Assembly (NCBI GenBank): GCA_963847705.1
Contig: CAWKBC010000027.1
Span: 672,001 to 736,000 of the forward strand
Reading direction: 5' to 3'
DNA from: an uncultured Pseudomonadota bacterium
GTDB lineage: Bacteria > Myxococcota_A > Polyangia > Fen-1088
Length of the DNA stretch: 64,000 nt
Shown here: positions 48,851 to 59,057 of the stretch, in pieces
Numbering within the stretch: the stretch's first letter is position 1
How the letters are laid out: each line of letters starts with the position of its first letter
The notes under the pieces: generated by a model
Database searches by the model: none
What the model was told of the DNA's origin: nothing
What the model saw: only the letters and a program-made list of their open reading frames with translations
Translations under genes and position numbers: made by a program

Positions 48851-49132
48851 GTGGCGAACATCAAGTCATCAGAGAAGGCGAACCGCCAGCGGGTCACGCG
48901 AACGGCGCGCAACGTGGCGCAGACGACGGCGATGCGGACGGCGATCAAAAAGCTCCGCGCGGCGCTCGGCGCCCAGAGCAAGGGGGGGGCCAAGAACCTC
49001 GCCCCGCTGCTGAAGAGCGCGGTCCAGGCCATCGACAAGGCGGCCTCCAAAGGGGTCATCAAGAAGGGGACGGCCTCGCGGTCGGTCTCTCGCCTGACGG
49101 TCGCGGTCAGCGGCGCCAGCGCCGGCAAGTAG
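48851..49132 (+). CDS. rpsT: 30S ribosomal protein S20
   Basis: MANIKSSEK...IDKAASKGVIKKGTASR. Confidence 0.96.
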   Translation: MANIKSSEKANRQRVTRTARNVAQTTAMRTAIKKLRAALGAQSKGGAKNLAPLLKSAVQAIDKAASKGVIKKGTASRSVSRLTVAVSGASAGK

Positions 49133-49192
49133 CGCCGTCGCGCGCTCGAGTCGCGCGAGAGGCATCACCGCCAACGTTCTGGCTTCGTGGAC

Positions 49193-50218
49193 CTAGCTTC
49201 GTGGACGCTCGGCCGAGCTTTCGGCGAGCGTCTGGACCAGACGCGACAGGGCGATCTCCGGGTCGAGCTTGGAGCTCTTGAGCTCGACGTCGGCGGTGTA
49301 GAGGCGCTCGAAGGCGCGCTCCAGCGAGGCGCGTGACATGCGGCGCGCCGGGACGAGCACATCGTCCAGGAAGAAGGGGTTGATCCCCACGCCGGCGGCG
49401 ATGTCGTTCCGCCCGGCGCCCGAGGCGAAGAGCTCCTTGGCGCGCCAGACCTGCCGCAGGTGGCGGGCCAGCATGAACTGGATGCGCAGCGCCGGCTCCC
49501 GGTTGCGGAGCATGTTGGTGAGGAGCGCCAGCGCGCGCCCGACGTTGCCGGCGCCGATCGCCTTGGTCAGCTCGAAGATCCCGCGCTCCCGCGTCTCGGC
49601 GATCAGATCCTCGACGTCGTCGACGCCGATCCCCTTGTCCCCGGCGTAGAGCGCCAGCAGATCGAGCGCCTGCGACAGCCGCCCGAGATCGGGGCCGGCA
49701 GAGGTGGCCAGCGCCTCGGCGGCGTCCGGCGCCAGCGTCAGCTTGCGCGCGCGCGCCTCCGTCCGCAGCCAGCCCGCCAGCGCCTGCTCGCGCAGCGGAG
49801 CGAAGACGTGCAGGTAGCCGCGCTTCTTGAGCATCTGAAAGGCCTTGAAGCGGACGTCGACCTTGTCGGCGATGAGCAGGAGGCAGGTCGACGGGTTGGG
49901 ATCCTCGGCGTAGCCGGCGAGCGGCTCGAGCTCGGCTGCCTTGACCTCGTCGATCGCCTTGCCCACCACCAGCCGCCGCTCGGCCAGCATCGGCAGCGTG
50001 CGCGCCGTGGCCAGCGCCGCGCCGAGCCCCTTCTCCTTGAGGTCGAAGACGTCCTGGTTGAAGGCGGCCGCGGCGCCCTGCTCGGCCACGACCGCGGCGC
50101 GGATGGCGGCGGCGGTGGCGTCGACCAGGTAGCGCTCGCCCGACAGACAGTAGATCGGCTCGATCTCGCCGCGGGCCACGGCGGCGGCGATGTCGGGCGG
50201 CGGAGAGGGCGGGGCCAC
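49193..50218 (-). CDS. holA: DNA polymerase III subunit delta
   Basis: PIYCLSGE, TLPMLAERRLVV, IFELTKAI, DVELKS; usual neighbour of rpsT; start inferred. Confidence 0.9.
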   Translation of the reverse strand: MAPPSPPPDIAAAVARGEIEPIYCLSGERYLVDATAAAIRAAVVAEQGAAAAFNQDVFDLKEKGLGAALATARTLPMLAERRLVVGKAIDEVKAAELEPLAGYAEDPNPSTCLLLIADKVDVRFKAFQMLKKRGYLHVFAPLREQALAGWLRTEARARKLTLAPDAAEALATSAGPDLGRLSQALDLLALYAGDKGIGVDDVEDLIAETRERGIFELTKAIGAGNVGRALALLTNMLRNREPALRIQFMLARHLRQVWRAKELFASGAGRNDIAAGVGINPFFLDDVLVPARRMSRASLERAFERLYTADVELKSSKLDPEIALSRLVQTLAESSAERPRS

Positions 50219-50247
50219 GCCCCGTTGTACTACAATGCCGCCGGGCG

Positions 50248-51324
50248 ATGGCAATCGCGCGTGCGCTGCTCCGCTGGTACGACCGGACCAAACGCGATCT
50301 GCCGTGGCGTCGCGACCCGACGCCGTACAAGACGCTCGTCTCCGAGCTGATGCTGCAGCAGACCACCGTGGCGGCGGTCATCCCGTACTTCGAACGCTTC
50401 CTCGGCCGGTTCCCCACGCTGGCCTCGCTGGCGGCCGCCAGCGAGGACCAGGTGACGGCGCTCTGGTCGGGGCTCGGCTACTACGCGCGGGCCCGCAACC
50501 TGCGGCGCGCGGCGGTGGCCGCCGTCGAGCAGCATGGCGGTGCGCTTCCCTCCAGCGAGGCGGCGCTCGGCGAGCTGCCCGGCCTCGGGCCCTACACGGC
50601 GGCGGCGGTGGCGGCCATCGCCTTCGGCGCGCGGACGTTCGCGCTCGACGGCAACGGCGCGCGGGTGATGGCCCGGCTCGGCGGCGTCTCCGATTCGATC
50701 GACCTGCCTGCCACCCGCCTGCGCCTGCGGGCGGCCGGCGCGCGCGAGGTGCCGCGCGGGCGCCCCGGCGACTTCACCCAGGCCGTCATGGAGCTGGGCG
50801 CCACCGTCTGCACCCCGCGCAACCCCCGCTGCGCCGACTGCCCGGTGCGCGCCGCCTGCGCCGCGCGCGCGGCCGGAGCGGTCGACGAGATCCCGCGCCG
50901 CACGAAGCGGGTGGCCCGGCCGGTGGTGCGCGTCGCCTGCGCCTGCGTGACCGACGGCGCGCGCGTCCTGCTGGTCAGGCGGGGGCGGGGCCTCCTGGCC
51001 GGGACCTGGTCGTTGCCCGAGGCAGCCGTCCTGTCGGCCGTGGGGGCGGCCGCCGCGCGCGACGTGGCGCGCCGGGTGGCCGCCGAGGTCGGCGTCCGCG
51101 CCGCGACCCTGGCGCACCACGGCGCGGTCCGCCACGTCTTCACCCACCGCGACGTCACGGCGGAGGTGTTTCGCATCGAGGTGAGCAGCGCCGGTCGCTC
51201 GCGCGAGGATCGCCGCTGGGTGGCCCCGGCCGAGATGCGAGAGCTGGGCGTCTCCAGCTTCACGCGCAAGACCGTGGCGCTGGGGCTGGGAGCAAAACGC
51301 GACAACGTGGCGCGACGGTCGTAA
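50248..51324 (+). CDS. mutY: A/G-specific adenine glycosylase
   Basis: RDLPWR, SELMLQQT, WSGLGYYARARN, HhH LPGLGPYTA, CTPRNPRCADCPVRAAC Fe-S motif, NUDIX-like tail. Confidence 0.95.
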   Translation: MAIARALLRWYDRTKRDLPWRRDPTPYKTLVSELMLQQTTVAAVIPYFERFLGRFPTLASLAAASEDQVTALWSGLGYYARARNLRRAAVAAVEQHGGALPSSEAALGELPGLGPYTAAAVAAIAFGARTFALDGNGARVMARLGGVSDSIDLPATRLRLRAAGAREVPRGRPGDFTQAVMELGATVCTPRNPRCADCPVRAACAARAAGAVDEIPRRTKRVARPVVRVACACVTDGARVLLVRRGRGLLAGTWSLPEAAVLSAVGAAAARDVARRVAAEVGVRAATLAHHGAVRHVFTHRDVTAEVFRIEVSSAGRSREDRRWVAPAEMRELGVSSFTRKTVALGLGAKRDNVARRS

Positions 51325-51335
51325 AAGGAGACGTG

Positions 51336-53309
51336 GTGCGGCTCGGGATCTACCTCGTTCTCTTGTTCGCCGCCTGTGCGGCCTCGGGGCAGGTCGCGCC
51401 CAGCCTGCCGGGGACGTTCGGCTCGGGCGAGCCGCTGCCGGCGCCGGTGGTGCCGGAGCCAGGGAAACCGTCGACGACAGCGCTCAACGGGGCGGAGCTG
51501 CCGGGTGGCCTCGGCAACGACCCCGGCGGCGACGCCGACTTCGCGGAGGCCAAGGCGCGCTTCGACGCCGGCGACGCGGTGGCCGCGCGGCCGCTCCTGG
51601 AGGCGTTCCACGAGCACCACGCGCAGCACCCGGCCCGGCCGGCAGCCGATCTCATGCTGGCGCGGCTGGCGCTCGCGCGCGGCGACGCCGAGACGGCGAA
51701 GGGGCTGCTCTCCCCGCTGACCTCGCCGCCGCCCGACGAGGGGACGGGGTCGAGCGCCCGCTATTACCTGGGCCTGGCGGAGACGCGGCTGGGGAATTTC
51801 GCGCGGGCGCGCGAGCTGCTGTTGCCCTTCCTGCCGCCCGCCGGTGCTGCCGGCCCGGGCGACGATTCCCTGGTCGAGCTGCGCGGCGCTCTGGCCGAGG
51901 CCACCGCCGGCGCCGGCGACGTCCCCGCGGCGATCGAGCTGTGGGACGCCTACGCGCGCGGCGGCCACGCGTCGGAGAAGGCTTATGCGCGCGAGCGGAT
52001 CACGGCGCTCGCGGGCCAGCTCGCTCCCGACGCGACCGTCCAGACCTACCGCGCGGCCCCCGAGAAGGGGCTGGCGCGCGCGCTGCTCGGCGACGCGGCG
52101 GCGTCGGCGTTGCGCAGCCGCGGCGACAGCGCGGGCGCGGCGGAGATCATGTCGGAGACAGCGTCGGCGCGCACGGCCGCCGGGTTCGACCCGCCGGGAG
52201 CGCGCTCCGCGTCCCCGGGCGATCCGGGCCGCCTCGGCCTCGAGCTGGCGCTGTCGGGCCGATTTCAACCCGTCGGTGAGGCGGCCCTGCGCGCGGCCAT
52301 GCTGGCCACGGGCGCTCCCGCCGCCGCGGGTCTGCAGCTCATCGTGCGCGACGCGGGCGGCAACCCCGAGCGCGCGGGCGACGGCGTGGAGGACCTGGCG
52401 CGGGGCGAGTCGGTGATCGGTGTCCTGGCCGCGCTCGATCCCAAGGCCCTGGCTTTCGAAGCGGATGGTTCGGCCGCGCCGGCAGGACGAAGCGGCTTGC
52501 CCCTCCTGGTGCTCGACAGCGGGCCGGGCAAATCGGCCGGCTCGACGGTCGGCTCGACGTTCTACCTGGTCCACAACGCCTCGGCGCGCGCGCGTGCGCT
52601 GGCCGAGACCGCCTTGCGGGTCGGGGCACGCGACTTCGCGCTCATCGGGCCCGACACGGCCGCCGGCAAGGCGTTGCGGAGCGCGTTCAGGGGCGATGTC
52701 GTGGGGGGAGGCGGCCGGGTGGTGGCGGACGTGAGCTATCCGCCGGGCGCCACCTCGTTCACGGCGGCGGTCGCCACCATCAAGAAGTCGTCACCGCAAG
52801 TGCTGTTCGTGGCGGACGGCGCGGACCGACTGGAGCTGATCGCGCCGGCGCTGGCGGCAGCGGATCTGTGGGGTGCGCCCTGGGGCGCGCCGCGGCCGTC
52901 GGGCGCGCCAGGCAAGCCGCGCCCGCGCAACATCTTGTTGCTCTCGACCGCCTCCGATCTGTCGCCGCGCCTCTTGCAGAGCGCGGGGCGCTACGTTCAG
53001 GGGACGCTGCTGGCGCCCGGGTTCTACGCGGGCGCGGCCGATCCCCAGGCGCGCGGTTTCGTCGATGCCTACCACGCTGCCTACGAGCAGGATCCGCACG
53101 CCACCGAGGCGTACGCCTACGATGGGGTCAACGCCATCCGGGCCGCGGTGGCGGCAGGGGCGCGGACCCGCGTCGAGCTGACGAATGCGCTTTCGACCGG
53201 CACGTTCGAGGGGCTGACGGGCGCGCTCCACTTCGGCGCCGATCACGGCCGGGTCGATTCGACGCGCCTCTACGTCGTCGACGGGGACGAGATCAAGACC
53301 TACCGCTGA
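51336..53309 (+). CDS. LpoA-like lipoprotein (TPR plus periplasmic-binding-protein fold)
   Basis: AAGGAG RBS, lipobox FAAC, TPR N-terminus, LSGRFQPVG and AYAYDG type I PBP motifs. Confidence 0.75.
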   Translation: MRLGIYLVLLFAACAASGQVAPSLPGTFGSGEPLPAPVVPEPGKPSTTALNGAELPGGLGNDPGGDADFAEAKARFDAGDAVAARPLLEAFHEHHAQHPARPAADLMLARLALARGDAETAKGLLSPLTSPPPDEGTGSSARYYLGLAETRLGNFARARELLLPFLPPAGAAGPGDDSLVELRGALAEATAGAGDVPAAIELWDAYARGGHASEKAYARERITALAGQLAPDATVQTYRAAPEKGLARALLGDAAASALRSRGDSAGAAEIMSETASARTAAGFDPPGARSASPGDPGRLGLELALSGRFQPVGEAALRAAMLATGAPAAAGLQLIVRDAGGNPERAGDGVEDLARGESVIGVLAALDPKALAFEADGSAAPAGRSGLPLLVLDSGPGKSAGSTVGSTFYLVHNASARARALAETALRVGARDFALIGPDTAAGKALRSAFRGDVVGGGGRVVADVSYPPGATSFTAAVATIKKSSPQVLFVADGADRLELIAPALAAADLWGAPWGAPRPSGAPGKPRPRNILLLSTASDLSPRLLQSAGRYVQGTLLAPGFYAGAADPQARGFVDAYHAAYEQDPHATEAYAYDGVNAIRAAVAAGARTRVELTNALSTGTFEGLTGALHFGADHGRVDSTRLYVVDGDEIKTYR

Positions 53310-54609
53310 CCGTCTTGCGGGGGCGCGCCCTGGCCGGCGGTGCGGCGCAGGCGACGGAGAGCCAACCGGCGCGCGCGTCGTAGCCGGAATCGGCGGCGCG
53401 CGAGATCATTCCCGGGATGCCGAGCCGACAGGCCTCGCGGAAGAAGGCGGCGCCGTCGCCTTCTACCTGGTCGAGGTAACGCAGGCAGGTGCGCTCGGCG
53501 ACCTTGCGAATCAGGGCCTCGAGCAGCGCCTTCCGCCGGGCCAGCGGGACGGCCCGCAGATCGTGACCGTCGAGGTAGGGGAGATCGAAGAGGTAGTAGG
53601 TCAGGACGGCGGGCCCTTCGCCGGCCAGCGTGCGCGGCAGCGCCTTCGGATCGGTGTGGCCGTCGGGCGCGACCGCGGCCAGCACGCCGTCGACGAGCAG
53701 GCTCGCCGCCGGCAACAGGCGGACGGCGTCGGCGACCGCCTGGCGCTTGCGCGCGGCCGCCGGTGGCAGCGCGGCGCCGGTGGGACCGAAGAGCCGCACC
53801 TGGCCGCTCTCGGCACGGGCCAGCAGCCGCTCGCCCGGGATCGCCATCTCGTGCAGCCAGCCGTCGCCCGCCGGAGGCGCTCGCCTGGCTTTCGCCTGGG
53901 GCGGACGGAGCGGCGCGGGGAAGGGGGCCTGCTTGGCCCCCGCCAGACCGGTCAGATCGACCTGTCCGCGGTTCGAGTGCCAGACGTGCGCGCGATCGGC
54001 GGCGATCTCCTCCAGCGTCCGCTGCGTGGCCACGCTCTCGGGGTGCGCCTCGGTCACGATGCCGGCTGCCTCGGGGCGGGTCTCGGCGTCCTTCTCCTTG
54101 ATGAGCAGCCAGCTCCGCTCGTCGTCGGCGCCGCCACGCGGGCCGCGCGGCTTGATCCGAACCAGCGCGAATCCGCCGCGCAGCTTGGTCCCCTTCAACA
54201 AAAACTTCAAGTTCCCGGCGGCGAAGGCCTGGTGCGGATCGGCGTCCTGCGGCTCCCAGGTCCCGCGATCCCAGAGCAGCACCGTCCCGCCGCCATACTC
54301 TCCTTTTGGGATGATCCCTTCGAAGTCGGCGTAGGCCATCGGGTGGTCCTCCGTCCGCATGGCCAGCCGTTTGACCGTCGGGTCGAGGCTGGGCCCCTTG
54401 GGGACCGACCAGCTCTTGAGGACCCCCTCCAGCTCGAGGCGAAAATCGTAGTGCAGCCGGGTGGCGGCGTGCTTCTGGATCACGAACGCCCGGGCACCGC
54501 CGGCGCGCCTCTCGGCCGCGGACGCCTGGCCGACCCGGTCAACTTCGTCACCGGGCGGCTCGCGCGTGACCTTGAAGTTCCGCTTGCGGTTGTATTCGGC
54601 GAGGCCCAT
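53293..54609 (-). CDS. LigD 3'-phosphoesterase domain fused to a degenerate ligase domain
   Basis: FVIQKHAATRLHYDFRLE, SWSVPKGPS, EDHP intact; ligase motif I reads EMAIPGER. Confidence 0.85.
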   Translation of the reverse strand: MGLAEYNRKRNFKVTREPPGDEVDRVGQASAAERRAGGARAFVIQKHAATRLHYDFRLELEGVLKSWSVPKGPSLDPTVKRLAMRTEDHPMAYADFEGIIPKGEYGGGTVLLWDRGTWEPQDADPHQAFAAGNLKFLLKGTKLRGGFALVRIKPRGPRGGADDERSWLLIKEKDAETRPEAAGIVTEAHPESVATQRTLEEIAADRAHVWHSNRGQVDLTGLAGAKQAPFPAPLRPPQAKARRAPPAGDGWLHEMAIPGERLLARAESGQVRLFGPTGAALPPAAARKRQAVADAVRLLPAASLLVDGVLAAVAPDGHTDPKALPRTLAGEGPAVLTYYLFDLPYLDGHDLRAVPLARRKALLEALIRKVAERTCLRYLDQVEGDGAAFFREACRLGIPGMISRAADSGYDARAGWLSVACAAPPARARPRKTVSGRS

Positions 54610-54645
54610 CTCGTCGCGCCCGTCCTATGTTAATAACGTCTCCCC

Positions 54646-56364
54646 ATGCGGATGTCCCAGACTCTCATTCCCACGCTCAAAGAGGCCCCCTCCGAAGCGG
54701 AGGTCCCCTCGCACATCTTGATGGTGCGCGGCGGCTACCTGCGCAAGGTGGCGGCGGGTATCTACTCGTTCCTGCCGCTCGGCTGGCGCGTCGTCAAGAA
54801 GGTCGAAAAGATCATCCGCGAGGAGCTGGACCGCGCCGGCTGCTCGGAGGTCTTCCTGCCGGCCGTCATCCCCGCGGAGCTCTGGCAGGAGTCCGGCCGC
54901 TGGGAGAAGTACGGCGCGCAGTTGCTGCGCTTCAAGGACCGCAAGGGCGGCGACTTCGTCATCGGGCCGACCCACGAAGAGGTGATCTGCGCGCTGGTGC
55001 GGGACGATGTCCGGAGCTGGCGCCAGCTGCCGCTCAACCTCTATCAGATCCAGACCAAGTTCCGCGACGAGCTGCGCCCCCGCGCCGGCCTCATGCGCGG
55101 GCGCGAGTTCATCATGAAGGACGGCTACTCGTTCCACGTCAACGGGACCGACGCCGACCGCGAGTACAAGAACATGTACGACACGTACACGCGCATCTTC
55201 ACCCGCTGCGGCCTGGCGTTCCGGGCAGTCGAAGCCGACACCGGCAACATCGGCGGCTCGTCGTCGCACGAGTTCCAGGTCCTGACCGAGACGGGTGAGG
55301 ACGCGCTGGTCGCCTGCGACACCTGCGACTACGCGGCCAACGTCGAGCAGGCGGTGGCGAAGCCGGTCGCCGGCACGCCGAATCCGACGCAGCCCGTGAA
55401 AAAGGTGGCCACCCCCGGCAAGCACACGATCGCCGAGGTCTCCGGCTTCTTCGGGGTTCCGCCCGAGAAGCTGGTCAAGACGCTCATCTACCTGGTGGAC
55501 GGGAAACCTGCCGCCGTGATGGTCCGTGGCGACCGCGAGGTGAACGAGATCAAGCTGGCCAAGGCGCTGGGCGCCGACACGCTGGCGCTGGCCGGCGAGG
55601 CGGCGGTCAAGGAGGTCACCGGCGCGGGCGTCGGTTTCGCTGGCCCCGTCGGTCTGAAGACGCCGGTGCCCGTCTACGTCGATCTCGAGGTCGCGGTGCT
55701 CTCGGACTTCATCGTCGGCGCCAACGAGGACGACGCGCATCTGACCGGGGTCAACCTCGAGCGCGACTTCAGGCCGGCCGCCGTCGCTGACTATCGGACC
55801 GCCGCGGCCGGCGACGCCTGCGCGCGCTGCGAGACGGGGCACCTCAAGGCCTACCGGGGGATCGAGGTCGGCCAGGTCTTCGCCCTCGGCACCAAGTATT
55901 CGAAGCCGATGGGGGTGACCTTCCTCGACGTCGACGGGCAGGAGAAGCCGGCGGTGATGGGGACCTATGGCATCGGCGTCACCCGCATCGTCGCCTCGGC
56001 CATCGAACAGAGCCACGACAAGGACGGCATCATCTGGCCGGTGCCGCTGGCGCCCTACGAGGTGACGGTCCTCGAGCTGCAGCAGGACGACGACAAGGTC
56101 CTCGCCACCGCCAAGAAGCTTTACGAAGACCTGACCGCGGCCGGCATCGACGTGCTCTTCGACGACCGCGACGAGCGGCCCGGGGTCAAGTTCAAGGACG
56201 CCGACCTGATCGGGATCCCGTTCCGGCTCGCCGTCGGCAAGAAGGGGGTCGCCGAGGGGATCGTCGAGCTCAAGCGCCGCAACGGCAGCGAGGTTCGGAA
56301 GCTGAAGATCGACGAGGCGGTCAAGCTCGTCGTGGCGGAAGTCCAGGCGGAGCGAAAGTCATGA
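54646..56364 (+). CDS. proS: proline--tRNA ligase (bacterial type with editing insertion)
   Basis: GPTHEE, FRDELRPRAGLMRGREF, GIEVGQVF, YGIGVTR. Confidence 0.98.
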   Translation: MRMSQTLIPTLKEAPSEAEVPSHILMVRGGYLRKVAAGIYSFLPLGWRVVKKVEKIIREELDRAGCSEVFLPAVIPAELWQESGRWEKYGAQLLRFKDRKGGDFVIGPTHEEVICALVRDDVRSWRQLPLNLYQIQTKFRDELRPRAGLMRGREFIMKDGYSFHVNGTDADREYKNMYDTYTRIFTRCGLAFRAVEADTGNIGGSSSHEFQVLTETGEDALVACDTCDYAANVEQAVAKPVAGTPNPTQPVKKVATPGKHTIAEVSGFFGVPPEKLVKTLIYLVDGKPAAVMVRGDREVNEIKLAKALGADTLALAGEAAVKEVTGAGVGFAGPVGLKTPVPVYVDLEVAVLSDFIVGANEDDAHLTGVNLERDFRPAAVADYRTAAAGDACARCETGHLKAYRGIEVGQVFALGTKYSKPMGVTFLDVDGQEKPAVMGTYGIGVTRIVASAIEQSHDKDGIIWPVPLAPYEVTVLELQQDDDKVLATAKKLYEDLTAAGIDVLFDDRDERPGVKFKDADLIGIPFRLAVGKKGVAEGIVELKRRNGSEVRKLKIDEAVKLVVAEVQAERKS

Positions 56365-57092
56365 CCCCGACCAAGCCTCCCCTGCACATCCCCTCGCGCG
56401 AGCGGGTGATCGTCGCGCTCGACGTCCCCGATTGCACTGCGCTGACCACGCTCCTCGATCGCCTCGATGGGCGGCCGGTGTTCTACAAGGTCGGCCTCGA
56501 GCTGTTCGTCGCCGAGGGGGAGCGGGCGGTGGAGATGGTGCGGGCCCGCGGCGGGAAGGTGTTCCTCGACCTCAAGCTGCACGACATCCCGGAGACGGTG
56601 GCCCGCGCGGTCACCTCCGCGGCGCGGGTGCAGGCCGACCTGCTGACGCTGCACACCTCGGGCGGCTACGAGATGCTGGCGCGCGCGGCCGAGGCCGCGG
56701 CGGGGCGGGTCAAGCTGCTCGGCGTGACCGTGCTGACCAGCCTGGCCGAGGACGATCTGCGCGCCGAGGGGGTCGAGCAGACCATCCCGGAGATGGTGCG
56801 CGCCCGGGCCCGCATCGCGGCGCGCGCGGGGATCGCCGGCCTGGTCTGCTCGCCGCACGAGATCGAGGCGGCCCACGGCGCGGCCCCCGGGCTGCTCATC
56901 GTCGTCCCCGGAATCCGGCCGACGGCCGTGCCCGGCGCCGCAAAAAAGGACGATCAGAAGCGGGTCGCCACTGCGGGACAGGCGATCACCAACGGAGCGG
57001 ACTACCTGGTCGTCGGGCGGCCGGTGCGCGACGCGCCGGATCCGGCCGCGGCGTTCGAGGAGCTGGTCCGAGAAGTCGAAGCCGGCGTGTGA
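56361..57092 (+). CDS. pyrF: orotidine-5'-phosphate decarboxylase
   Basis: VALD, KVG, DLKLHDIPETV, VPGIR, DQKR, VVGR. Confidence 0.96.
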   Translation: MTPTKPPLHIPSRERVIVALDVPDCTALTTLLDRLDGRPVFYKVGLELFVAEGERAVEMVRARGGKVFLDLKLHDIPETVARAVTSAARVQADLLTLHTSGGYEMLARAAEAAAGRVKLLGVTVLTSLAEDDLRAEGVEQTIPEMVRARARIAARAGIAGLVCSPHEIEAAHGAAPGLLIVVPGIRPTAVPGAAKKDDQKRVATAGQAITNGADYLVVGRPVRDAPDPAAAFEELVREVEAGV

Positions 57093-57850
57093 GCGACGAG
57101 CCTGAGCCGTCCACCCGCATCGTCTTCGGCGTCCGCCCGGTCGACGAGCTGGTGCGGGCGCGCCCGCGCGAGGTGAGCGTCATCTACGTCGCCGAGGGGA
57201 CCCGCTCGCCCGAGGTCGAGCGGGTGGTCCAGGCCGCCAAGGAGCGCGGCGTCACCGTCGAGATCCGGGCCCGGCGCCTGGTGGCCGAGATGGCGGGCGA
57301 CGCCGTCCACCAGGGGCTGGTGGCGGTGACGGGGCGGTTTCGTTACGTCACCATCGACGACATCCTGGGCGCGGCGACCCAGGTGAACGAGCCGCCGCTG
57401 GTGGTGCTGCTCGATGGAATCACCGACCCGCACAACCTGGGGGCCATCATCCGCAGCGCCGAGGTGCTGGGCGCTCATGGCGTGGTGATTCCGGCCAAGG
57501 GCGCGGCGCCGGTGACGGCCGGCGCGGTCAAGGCCTCGGCCGGCGCCACCGAGCGGGTGCGCATCGCCGAGGTCAACAACCTGATGCGCATCATCGACTA
57601 CCTCCGCGAGCGCGGCCTCACCGTCCTCGCCGCCGGCGCGGGCGACGGCGAGCGTCTCGATCGCCTCGACCTGGCCGGTCCGGTTGGGCTGGTCGTCGGC
57701 TCCGAAGGGAAGGGGACCCGCGAGGCGGTGGCGCGCCGGTGCAACGGCCGCTTCCACATTCCGCAGCGCGGGACGGTCTCGTCGCTCAACGCCTCGGTCG
57801 CCGCCGCCATCGCTCTTTACGAAGTCGCGCGCCAGCGGCAGCGCGGCTAA
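57089..57850 (+). CDS. rlmB: 23S rRNA (Gm2251) 2'-O-methyltransferase
   Basis: GTGA overlap with pyrF; HQG, DPHNLGAIIRSA, GSEGKG, SLNASVA SPOUT motifs. Confidence 0.93.
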   Translation: MSDEPEPSTRIVFGVRPVDELVRARPREVSVIYVAEGTRSPEVERVVQAAKERGVTVEIRARRLVAEMAGDAVHQGLVAVTGRFRYVTIDDILGAATQVNEPPLVVLLDGITDPHNLGAIIRSAEVLGAHGVVIPAKGAAPVTAGAVKASAGATERVRIAEVNNLMRIIDYLRERGLTVLAAGAGDGERLDRLDLAGPVGLVVGSEGKGTREAVARRCNGRFHIPQRGTVSSLNASVAAAIALYEVARQRQRG

Positions 57851-57946
57851 CCGCGTCGAGAAAAGCTCGACCCTGGCGCACGCGAGCTCTGCGCCGAGGC
57901 CGCTCATCTGATAGTGTTCGCGCCCCGGAGGCTCAGAAAAAAGCAG

Positions 57947-59032
57947 ATGTCGTCACGTATCCCTGTTGCCGTGGTGGGTGCGACCGGTCTTGCCGGACAG
58001 CAGTTCCTGGCGTCCCTGGCTGGTCACCCGATGTTCGAGATTCGCAAGCTGGCGGCGTCGAGCCGCTCGGCCGGCAAGAAGTTCGCCGACGCCGTGAAGG
58101 ATGACAAGGGGGCCTCGAAGTGGTTCTGCTCGGAGCCGCTCTCGGCCGAGCACGCCGGGATCACCGTCGAGGACTCGGCCCACATGACCAACGACGGCAT
58201 CCGGCTGGTGTTCTCGGCCGTCGAGGCCGACGTGGCCAAGGTGATCGAGCCCAAGTGCGCGGCCGACATCCCGGTCATCTCGACCGCCAGCGCCTTCCGC
58301 TACGAGCCCGACGTGCCGGTGTTTCTCCCCGGCGTGAACTGGGACCACGCGGCGCTCATCGACATTCAGCGCAAGAAGCGCGGCTGGAAGGGGTTCGTCT
58401 CCCCCGGTCCGAACTGCACCACCGTCGGCCTGGCGATGACGCTCAAGCCGCTCGACGATCTGTTCGGCGTCTCGCGGGTGATCATGACGTCGATGCAGGC
58501 CCTCTCGGGCGCCGGCCGCTCGCCGGGGGTCTCGGCGATGGACATCCTCGACAACATCATCCCCTACATCCCCAAGGAAGAGGAGAAGGTCGAGACCGAG
58601 ACCCACAAGATCCTGGGCAAGCTGGTGGGCGGCGAGATTGTCCCGGCGCCGGTGACGGTGTCGTGCACCTGCACGCGCGTCAACGTCATGGAGGGGCACA
58701 CCGAGTCGGTGTTCGTCGAGCTCAAGAAGAAGGCGGGGCTCGACGAGGTCAAGGCGGCCTGGCGCGAGTTCGGCGCCGAGATGGCCGGCCTCAAGCTGCC
58801 GTCGGCGCCCAAGCACCTCATCTCGGTGAGCGACGATCCGTTTCGCCCGCAGGTCCGTCTCGATCGCGACGCCGAAGGCGGCATGTCGACCGTCGTCGGC
58901 CGCCTGCGCTCGGACCCGGTGCTGGCGAACGGCATCAAGTACCTGCTCGTCTCGCACAACACCCGCATGGGCGCGGCACGCGGCGCCATCCTGGTCGCCG
59001 AGTACCTGACGACCAAGGGCTACATCAAGTAG
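57947..59032 (+). CDS. asd: aspartate-semialdehyde dehydrogenase (archaeal/fungal-type subfamily)
   Basis: GATGLAGQ, PNCTT, QALSGAG, NIIPYIPKEEEK, HNTRMGAA. Confidence 0.93.
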   Translation: MSSRIPVAVVGATGLAGQQFLASLAGHPMFEIRKLAASSRSAGKKFADAVKDDKGASKWFCSEPLSAEHAGITVEDSAHMTNDGIRLVFSAVEADVAKVIEPKCAADIPVISTASAFRYEPDVPVFLPGVNWDHAALIDIQRKKRGWKGFVSPGPNCTTVGLAMTLKPLDDLFGVSRVIMTSMQALSGAGRSPGVSAMDILDNIIPYIPKEEEKVETETHKILGKLVGGEIVPAPVTVSCTCTRVNVMEGHTESVFVELKKKAGLDEVKAAWREFGAEMAGLKLPSAPKHLISVSDDPFRPQVRLDRDAEGGMSTVVGRLRSDPVLANGIKYLLVSHNTRMGAARGAILVAEYLTTKGYIK

Positions 59033-59057
59033 GCGACCTCAGGCGGCGCGCCCCCGG

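Noticed and set aside
50190-51335. Long N-terminal extension of the LpoA-like ORF
   Set aside because: Overlaps mutY; an RBS and lipoprotein signal mark the start near 51336.
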